From a virus (taxonomy: Duplodnaviria > Caudoviricetes), in IMG/VR virus record IMGVR_UViG_3300011678_000001, positions 1 through 64,000 of that record: a stretch of 64,000 nt of DNA, one strand, 5' to 3'. A program made the position numbers and the translations under genes. This document shows, one piece after another, positions 57,141-64,000 of the stretch. The notes beneath the pieces were generated by a model, which saw nothing but the letters and a program-made list of their open reading frames with translations, had not been told where the DNA came from and did not search any database. Every line of letters begins with the position of its first letter. Within the stretch, counting starts at the first letter, position 1.

Positions 57141-57764
57141 TTAGTCTTTCTTGCTGTACTCGGGGTTCGGTTGTTCGTATTTAGTACTGAACAGGGTCCG
57201 AACAAACTCCAAGTCTTCCGGGGATTTCTTGCCCGGCTTGATCACTCGTACGTTGTCCAACTTGAAGGGAATGACCACCTGACTGATGTCCACGCCTTCG
57301 GGCACTTCCAGGTCGATCTTCACGTCATGGATGACCTGATGGTCGAGGGTTTGGAACACGTCAACTTCCAAGGTCAACTTGCTGTTAGGCACCGGGAAGA
57401 AGTAGCGGTTCTTGATCAGACCGAACTGGACCAGGCGCTTGAAGATCTTGAAGGTGTCTTCCGAGACTTTCATCTCGTTCTCTTCATTGCCGTCAGCCGC
57501 TTTGATCTTGATGGTCTGGGTGAAGGTGTCAGGGCCTTCATCGTCAGGCTTGGTGTGCCGAACCCGAATGCTACCGGTGTTGGTTGGCAAGCCCCATTGG
57601 GATTGGAACTCACGACGCTCAGCCCCGTCCAGAACAGAAAGGTCCGAGATGGTGCCGTAGATTTCATACTCACGTTCAAGCTCAGTGCTGCCATCGGCTA
57701 CAAGGCTTTCCAGCGAAACAAGGGCGTCTGTTTGAAAGGCGCTCAACAGAATGTGTTTGGTCAT
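57141..57764 (-). CDS. CYTH-like (triphosphate tunnel) protein
   Basis: ELEREYE, SIRVR, TIKIK, ENE, IKNRYFF, LEVDVF, KIDLEV. Confidence 0.7.
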   Translation of the reverse strand: MTKHILLSAFQTDALVSLESLVADGSTELEREYEIYGTISDLSVLDGAERREFQSQWGLPTNTGSIRVRHTKPDDEGPDTFTQTIKIKAADGNEENEMKVSEDTFKIFKRLVQFGLIKNRYFFPVPNSKLTLEVDVFQTLDHQVIHDVKIDLEVPEGVDISQVVIPFKLDNVRVIKPGKKSPEDLEFVRTLFSTKYEQPNPEYSKKD

Positions 57765-57849
57765 GGTGCATAGCCCAAAGAAAAGAAAAAAGGAACTGTG
57801 TCATAATAGATGGGAGCCCGAAGGCCCCCACCCACTATGACCGGAGTCC

Positions 57850-59778
57850 TTACGCCATCCGAATGCCTACGATGTTGCGAGCACCGCTGATCGGTACCAG
57901 CTCAAAGCAGACATTGTCAGCCGTAACCATGTAGACGTGGCCAGCACCTGCAGTCTTGCGACCAATGGCGTACAAGCCAGTCAGGACGTCAGCCATTTCT
58001 GGATCGGCCCCTTCGCCTTGACGCTGAGGAGTGCGCACATCGCTGGTGACCAGACCGAACTTGTCAGAGTCGATCTTGACGTGCAGCGTTGCCATCGGAC
58101 GGAACAGGACGACAACGTTTTCACGGAACTGCTTGTACGCTTCGGGATCTTCCTCGGCGATCGGCAGGATGTCACTGCATTCCAGGAACTCAGCCCGCTC
58201 TTCGCTGTCGGTGATGTAATGCAAGCCCAGCAGCAGCACCTTGGTCCGGCTGAGGAACTGGGTCACATACGCCTGACCGAACGTCTTGAATGACTTGCAG
58301 TTGAGCAGGTCGGCAAAGTCTTCGATGAAGCTGTCGATGGACAGGCCGGTTTGACCGAACTGATCACGCAGTACCGAGTTGACTTCCTTGGTGTAATGCT
58401 TGTCCAGGAAGGTCAGGACGTTTTCAGCCATGGTGCCACGCAGCGACTGGAGACGCTTCTGAAGCATCTGCAGGTCCGCATCACCTGCACCAAGCGACTT
58501 GATAGATTCCAAGCCTTTGATGGTTTCAGGATCAGCTGCCAGTTGTACCGAATCGATGGCATTGATGGAGGTAACATCACTTTCAGTCTTGGTCGCAGTA
58601 CCGGCAACGCGCAGCGCCGCTTCTTCCAGACCCGAGATCGCCAGTGCAGACTGATGAATCGTTGGGTTGGACAGGTCAAGCTCAGACAGCAACTCCTTAC
58701 GAGCAGAGACGATGGTGTTGTTCAGGGCGTCCAGATCCACGGCGTCGATGTCGTCGCCTTCAAAGATCGGGTCGTTGTCCTGACGTTCCAGGGTAGTACG
58801 GGGACGGTTAGGGCGAACCTGCTTGCGGATCTCGTGCGCAGTTTCGACCAGGTCATCTGTCATAGCAATGAACTCCTCTCTGATGGTGCCGTCTTTGCCC
58901 TTGACCAGGAAGCACACCTCTTGGTCGATGTCATAGGCACGGCGGGTTTGTTGTTTGGGGCTCCATTTCCACTGCCAGTTGGACTTGTGAGCCAGCTGCC
59001 AGTGTTCACCTTCGACCCAGAAGTCATCGTAAGGGCGTTCCTTGCTCATGTCCGGACCATCCTGTGGTGGCAATGCTTCTTCGACTGGAGCTTCAGGAGC
59101 GGGACGCGAGAGCGGCGACTCTTGCATCGGAGCGGCGTAGCTGCCACGTGCCGTCTGACCGAACCCAGAGCTGCGCGGTGCAGCCGCAGTCGGACGGTCA
59201 AAGAACGACGATGAAGCAGCAGCGGCTGGGGCACCCGGACGCCCACCGAATGGACTGTTGGTTGCCCGCGTCTGCTGAGGCTCTTCCCGGTCAAACACAT
59301 TCCGACGCCCACCGAACACACCGGTGTCACGGCTGCCGAATACGTTACGACCACCACCTGCACCACCGCCAAAGCCTACACGCCCACCGCTCAGACCCGC
59401 TGGGCGACGTGCGCCACCCCGGACGCGGTTAAGCATCTCTTCCCACTTGGCCGCTGCACGGCCCAGGGCCGAATACATGTCGTCTGGCACTGCATCCGCG
59501 ATGCGACGGTCAGACATGGCAAAGGCGCCGACGTTGGCATCCACCGCCGCAATGATGATGTCACGGATCACCGCTTCCGCTTCACTGTCACTGCGGGTGT
59601 TGGGCAGTTCATTCTCAACGAACGCCATGATCACATCCACCAGCGAGGCCATGTCGTTGTTGTTGTACTGCCCCTGAGACATGTAGCGGTCGTACTCGTC
59701 GCGGACAGGGTTGTCTTTGACGCGGTTCTGCATGTAGTCGATGGTACGGTCGTATACGTAAGTGCCGATTTCGCTCAT
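57850..59778 (-). CDS. Hypothetical protein with FG/Arg-Gly-rich disordered region
   Basis: 642 aa, GGAG RBS; directly downstream of the nvRNAP subunit. Confidence 0.75.
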   Translation of the reverse strand: MSEIGTYVYDRTIDYMQNRVKDNPVRDEYDRYMSQGQYNNNDMASLVDVIMAFVENELPNTRSDSEAEAVIRDIIIAAVDANVGAFAMSDRRIADAVPDDMYSALGRAAAKWEEMLNRVRGGARRPAGLSGGRVGFGGGAGGGRNVFGSRDTGVFGGRRNVFDREEPQQTRATNSPFGGRPGAPAAAASSSFFDRPTAAAPRSSGFGQTARGSYAAPMQESPLSRPAPEAPVEEALPPQDGPDMSKERPYDDFWVEGEHWQLAHKSNWQWKWSPKQQTRRAYDIDQEVCFLVKGKDGTIREEFIAMTDDLVETAHEIRKQVRPNRPRTTLERQDNDPIFEGDDIDAVDLDALNNTIVSARKELLSELDLSNPTIHQSALAISGLEEAALRVAGTATKTESDVTSINAIDSVQLAADPETIKGLESIKSLGAGDADLQMLQKRLQSLRGTMAENVLTFLDKHYTKEVNSVLRDQFGQTGLSIDSFIEDFADLLNCKSFKTFGQAYVTQFLSRTKVLLLGLHYITDSEERAEFLECSDILPIAEEDPEAYKQFRENVVVLFRPMATLHVKIDSDKFGLVTSDVRTPQRQGEGADPEMADVLTGLYAIGRKTAGAGHVYMVTADNVCFELVPISGARNIVGIRMA

Positions 59779-59798
59779 GATAACTCCAGCTGGATAAA

Positions 59799-61451
59799 TT
59801 AGGTGCGTTGGATCAGACGTTGTACACCGTCAAGGAGATCCTTGTGCTCAAGGGGTTCGAGCGTGGTATGCTTGTCCCCTAAGCGAATGCACGGATTGAA
59901 TCGATTGTTACCAATCGGTGTCGACTTGGGCAAGACCCCGAAACCGGCAATCGCCGCAAACGAGGAGTCCAAGTACATGGTGGGGCCGATCGGCTTGGCA
60001 TCCTGAGATTTCCCGCGACCATGGGTGTCGTTCTGTTGAACGATCACGCTCGTGATCTTGAAGAACATGTTGTCGCTCGGGTTGGAGACCGAGGAGACTT
60101 CGGGATGCTCAGCTGCAGAGCTGATGCCATGAATCAACCAAGGGGTGAAATACTTCCGAAGGATTTCCTCGTACTCCTTGCTGGTGAGGACTTTCTTCGT
60201 GTTGCCTGTGATCTTGAAGAGAAACTCGAACATGTTGTTGTTGATGTTTCGAAGCAGATACCGCAACACCTCGAGACGCTTGTTGTACAGACAGGCTTCT
60301 TTGCCTCGGTTACTGTCCAACATGTTTTGCATCTCGCGCATGATGTGCGCCATCAGATCGAACAGATCAGCACAATACACCTGCACCTCTTGCAAAGTCT
60401 TGACCGTTTCCTGGTCAACATAACTGTCAAGCGATTTCAGGTGGATTTCGACGTCATCGACAAGACGACCGTGGTTGTTGCCTTCGCCCCACAGCACAAA
60501 GGCCATGAAGACGCACCACTTCCAGGTGTCCTCGAGATCTTTGGGATCTTCGACGTACTCTGGGAAGTGATCAATGACGTAGAAGAAGCCGGTCGCGAAA
60601 CTCCTCGTCAAATCGGTCCAATTGCCCCGGTCAACCAGCATGACCAAATCCGTTGCCAGGTTCACTTCGTAACCATTGGCACGGCGGGGGTTCAGACCTG
60701 TAGGCGCTTTCCCAAGAGAAGTCACCTTGACCCAATGATCCGGCGGAAACTGAACAGGGTCGTAATCCTGCTCACGCATGATGATCGGGCGGGTACCGCA
60801 GTATTTCTCAAACGCGCCGTACAGTCCATGTCGGCAGAACAGGTAGTGAGGCAGTGAGCTGTGCACCCAACCCAGACGGATCAGGTCACTGCGGTTACGG
60901 CTCTTCTTCCCACCCTTGTTGTGCAAAGGCGAGTAGATCACATGTTCCTTGACCCGCACGCCGTCAATGACCACCGTGTAGTTCTCACGGTTGAAACTGA
61001 TCGGGGCACGAGGAATCCGGATGAACACGCTGTTCTCTTCAATCTCGAACGCAATGTCGCCCATCACAGGCGCCACGGCAAACTGCTTGCCCGAGATATA
61101 AAGCATACCAGCCTGCCGAACAAACGGCAGGTACATGAACATTGGGGACAGTTCCTTGCCCTCAAACCGGAACCGGTATTTCACCAGGTACACATCGCTG
61201 CGTGCAATGTCGTAGACTCGGTTGTTACCCGAGCGTGCACGCGTAATGACGTTGTACTCCTCCAGCGGACTGCAGCGCTCACTACCGATGTATTCGAATC
61301 CCTCGGGGTACTGCGATTCACCGCACCGGATGATGTTGTCTACATACGCCTTGGCAAATGGAACGTCTTTGCAGGCAATGCCTTTGACAACATCGGTGTT
61401 GATCACCGGCGAACGCTTACGGTGTGAATAGTCGAATAGACTGACATCCAT
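59799..61451 (-). CDS. Non-virion RNA polymerase beta-like subunit (phiKZ gp123-like)
   Basis: YDIARSDVYLVKYRFRF...MYLPFVRQAGMLYISGKQF, C-terminal LPKSTPIGNNRFNP; two genes from the capsid gene, as recalled for phiKZ. Confidence 0.7.
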   Translation of the reverse strand: MDVSLFDYSHRKRSPVINTDVVKGIACKDVPFAKAYVDNIIRCGESQYPEGFEYIGSERCSPLEEYNVITRARSGNNRVYDIARSDVYLVKYRFRFEGKELSPMFMYLPFVRQAGMLYISGKQFAVAPVMGDIAFEIEENSVFIRIPRAPISFNRENYTVVIDGVRVKEHVIYSPLHNKGGKKSRNRSDLIRLGWVHSSLPHYLFCRHGLYGAFEKYCGTRPIIMREQDYDPVQFPPDHWVKVTSLGKAPTGLNPRRANGYEVNLATDLVMLVDRGNWTDLTRSFATGFFYVIDHFPEYVEDPKDLEDTWKWCVFMAFVLWGEGNNHGRLVDDVEIHLKSLDSYVDQETVKTLQEVQVYCADLFDLMAHIMREMQNMLDSNRGKEACLYNKRLEVLRYLLRNINNNMFEFLFKITGNTKKVLTSKEYEEILRKYFTPWLIHGISSAAEHPEVSSVSNPSDNMFFKITSVIVQQNDTHGRGKSQDAKPIGPTMYLDSSFAAIAGFGVLPKSTPIGNNRFNPCIRLGDKHTTLEPLEHKDLLDGVQRLIQRT

Positions 61452-61463
61452 CGGTTAAGGCCT

Positions 61464-62615
61464 TTAGCTTGATTTCAACTTCGACAGTATCCCATAAACA
61501 GTTACCATCGCCCCTAATACAGCAACACCAGTCTTAGCCCACTCAGCATAATTCCGCCTGAGGGCGGCTTCTTTTTCTTGTTGGGCTTTAAGCGACGCTG
61601 CCTCATTTCGCAGGCGTTGAAGTTCTTCCTCCTCCTTCAATTGCCCACTGCGCATCTTGGCTTCGCCGAACCGTCGTTCCGTGGTCTCGCGCTCAATGAG
61701 CAGTTTTGCCATGGCATCCAGCGGGCCACCATTGATGGCGTCTTCGATGCTCTTGTGCAGACCAAACTTTTCATCGGCCTCCTCAAAGGTATAGCTTCGG
61801 TGAATGACGTCTGAGACGGCTTCACCATTTTGAAGAGGCGTACGACTCACCACATGTATACCCGTAGAATATTTTAAATCACGTTCTACAGGCACCATGA
61901 ACACATCCCCACCTAAGTTGATGTATCGCGTGGCGCGTTGTACTTGATGCGCATTGTCCACTGCCTTGATCATGAACATACAGGTCGCTTCCCCGATGCC
62001 AGGCACCAGGTCTTTGACCATCGCTTCATCGCGCTTGATCTTGTCAAACGGATGAACCGATCCGTGGTCTGCCAGCCACTCGACCAACAGGTCGACATCC
62101 GGCATATAGCAACGCCCACCGGCGTCACAGATGTCACGGTATTGGATCACGTACTCGACACTGGCTGCCAACGAGTTGTGCGTGTTGTTATACAGCGCAT
62201 CGTCGTAAGCCTTGATCCAGTAATAAGTCTCACGTTCTTCAACGTTAGCCCGGTTCCGGAGTGCGTCAAGTGCACGTTCCATTGAGGAACGACTCATGGA
62301 GTGGGTCACACAGACAATCAGATCATCCGCCGCATAGTTGCCTAGCGGCTCCACCACCACAGCGCTTCCATCGCGCGTAGTGATGAGAATGTCCCGGTCC
62401 ATGTAATTGTAGTACGAGACAGTAACAACTGGTGCACCTTTGACGCCGTTCTCATGTTGGCGACTAGCTCCCCGAATCCGGGTAGCCGAACGTTGCTGAA
62501 ACGGGAGGGAGGTTCTTGCATAGTGTTGCGAGGTGTTTATGCGGTGTGGCTGATTTGAACTATCGATACGTGAGAACTCGTCCATAGGGGTTGGCTCATA
62601 TTTTAAATTTAACAC
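61464..62615 (-). CDS. Hypothetical protein (phiKZ gp122-like)
   Basis: About 380 aa with C-terminal coiled coil and hydrophobic tail; start may be ATG 62585. Confidence 0.65.
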   Translation of the reverse strand: MLNLKYEPTPMDEFSRIDSSNQPHRINTSQHYARTSLPFQQRSATRIRGASRQHENGVKGAPVVTVSYYNYMDRDILITTRDGSAVVVEPLGNYAADDLIVCVTHSMSRSSMERALDALRNRANVEERETYYWIKAYDDALYNNTHNSLAASVEYVIQYRDICDAGGRCYMPDVDLLVEWLADHGSVHPFDKIKRDEAMVKDLVPGIGEATCMFMIKAVDNAHQVQRATRYINLGGDVFMVPVERDLKYSTGIHVVSRTPLQNGEAVSDVIHRSYTFEEADEKFGLHKSIEDAINGGPLDAMAKLLIERETTERRFGEAKMRSGQLKEEEELQRLRNEAASLKAQQEKEAALRRNYAEWAKTGVAVLGAMVTVYGILSKLKSS

Positions 62616-62652
62616 GAATAGTTATTCTACTTGCCGTGTTCTGTACAAATTA

Positions 62653-62671
62653 ATAATGTACTGCTGTAAAA
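62653..62671 (-). promoter_or_regulatory. Putative early promoter (TTTTACAGCAGTACATTAT)
   Basis: Near-identical to the motif at 8179; upstream of the operon containing the nvRNAP subunit. Confidence 0.5.
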
Positions 62672-62702
62672 CATTAGAGTCAACTTCCAGAAAACGGGCA
62701 GA

Positions 62703-62742
62703 CGGAATAGATGGGGGCCGAAGCCCCCATCTATCAATGCCG
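62703..62742 (-). terminator. Capsid-gene terminator
   Basis: Minus strand ATAGATGGGGGC-TTCG-GCCCCCATCTAT-TCCG. Confidence 0.75.
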
Positions 62743-62760
62743 CTCGCTAACCCTTACGGA

Positions 62761-63999
62761 TTAACCTGCAGTTCCAGTGCCGGTATCAGATCCGGTAGCA
62801 GGAGCTGTAGTGCCACCTTCGGCTGGGGCTTCGGCGGTGCTACCGGGAAATGTAGACACCGGAATGCTCCAACCCTCCGACAGCACTTCGTCCAGACCAA
62901 TCACGTTGATCTTGCCCATGATCGGCAGGTGGTTGATGTGGCGGTTACGCGGCTGCACCATGGCTTCGCGAATCTGGGTCTCGTCACGGGAAACGTTCAC
63001 GTGGGAGATCAGTTCCGGAATCCAGAAGTGAGTACCGCAGTTCAGCGGATCGAGGCCTTCGGTCTTGCGCTTGAAGGTCCAGAAGATCTGCTTGCGTACG
63101 CGCTGATCGACAGTGGTAACTTTCTCGAAGTCGATGTCGTCGCCCAGGGTGCGGCTGTCGCCGTCCTTCAGGATGAACGATGCGGTCTTCGGATCGGAAC
63201 CGATCAGGACGCAGACTTTCTCACCGACGTAGCCAGTGTAGGCATCCAGCGCAGTGCGGTAGTTCGACTCGAGGATCGCGTCCTGGATGTCGTTACGCAG
63301 TACGTTGCCGATGGCAGCTTGGATGTCCTGTACGCGCTCGTAGGAACGCAGGCTGCGAACCAGAGTACGCAGGTCGAGGTTGCGCTCGCGGAACCATGGG
63401 CGAACCAGGAAGCGGGCGATACCTTCGACTTCCGGCAGGAGGTCGTCGGAAGCAACGCTGTCACTCAGGAACTTCCAACGGCTCAGGCCGTCAGTGAAGC
63501 GCAGCAGAGTGGTGATGGCGTTGTTGTCGTTACGCAGACGAGCAGCAGTAACCAGCAGATCGATGTCTGCCATGCCACGGCTTTCAGCCAGCGGGCTCGG
63601 GATGGACAGCGGGCTGCCCAGCATTACTGGGTAACGCTCGGTGTACTCGGAGCTGTTCAGCTGCAGACCGCGCAGACGACGGTTGGCGTTGGACAGGCGA
63701 GCGTTCGGCTCCCAGCCGATGATCGACAGAGCTTCCAGACCACGGGCGATGTCGCGACCCGGACCAGCAGCAGTCAGGGACAGGCTTTCACCGGCAGCGT
63801 TGATCACTTTCTCGACTACGACAGGCGCAGCGTTGACAGTGGCGTTGGCTTTCTCGGTGTCGACGTTACCGGTGACGATCAGGCTCAGAGTAACGGTGTA
63901 ACCACCGTCAACGATCTGCTTCAGAACCGGGTTGACCAGAGCGTTGCCAGCGTAGTCGGTCGACTTGCCGTTGATCTGGATGGAGCTGGTACGGAAGTT
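62761..63999 (-). CDS. Major capsid protein (phiKZ gp120-like), 5'-truncated
   Basis: Frame open to the window end. ARLSNANRRLRG, VLIGSDP, QPRNRHINHLPIMGKINVIGL; extreme codon bias of a highly expressed gene. Confidence 0.75.
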   Translation of the reverse strand, partial: NFRTSSIQINGKSTDYAGNALVNPVLKQIVDGGYTVTLSLIVTGNVDTEKANATVNAAPVVVEKVINAAGESLSLTAAGPGRDIARGLEALSIIGWEPNARLSNANRRLRGLQLNSSEYTERYPVMLGSPLSIPSPLAESRGMADIDLLVTAARLRNDNNAITTLLRFTDGLSRWKFLSDSVASDDLLPEVEGIARFLVRPWFRERNLDLRTLVRSLRSYERVQDIQAAIGNVLRNDIQDAILESNYRTALDAYTGYVGEKVCVLIGSDPKTASFILKDGDSRTLGDDIDFEKVTTVDQRVRKQIFWTFKRKTEGLDPLNCGTHFWIPELISHVNVSRDETQIREAMVQPRNRHINHLPIMGKINVIGLDEVLSEGWSIPVSTFPGSTAEAPAEGGTTAPATGSDTGTGTAG

Positions 64000-64000
64000 C

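Overview
This 64 kb window is part of a phiKZ-like (Chimalliviridae-type) jumbo phage genome. Family calls come from motif recognition and recalled phiKZ synteny, not database searches. Core genes: partial tail lytic transglycosylase, a virion RNAP beta C-terminal subunit, UvsX, RNase H, SbcC-like ATPase, spike plus PAAR, two repeat-rich tail fibres, endolysin, portal, baseplate proteins, RuvC-like resolvase, a non-virion RNAP subunit and a partial major capsid gene. Two things stand out. (1) A ~12 kb island (26.9-39.0 kb) between the tail fibres and the endolysin encodes six radical-SAM(-like) proteins, three Fe(II)/2OG-type oxygenases and a 183-aa protein ending CHTSCHSNCHCARGRR. It looks like a phage-encoded RiPP-like or virion-protein modification pathway; one of its rSAM genes has no ATG/GTG/TTG start ahead of its Cys motif. 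(2) Three dispersed copies (42.06, 42.6 and 44.24 kb, minus strand) of a non-coding cassette: AT-rich box, exactly 18 nt, then two covarying hairpins (AGGUACC loop; bulged-A stem) and a terminator-like tail. This is probably an undescribed small-RNA family. No tRNA, rRNA, CRISPR array or transposase was recognised.
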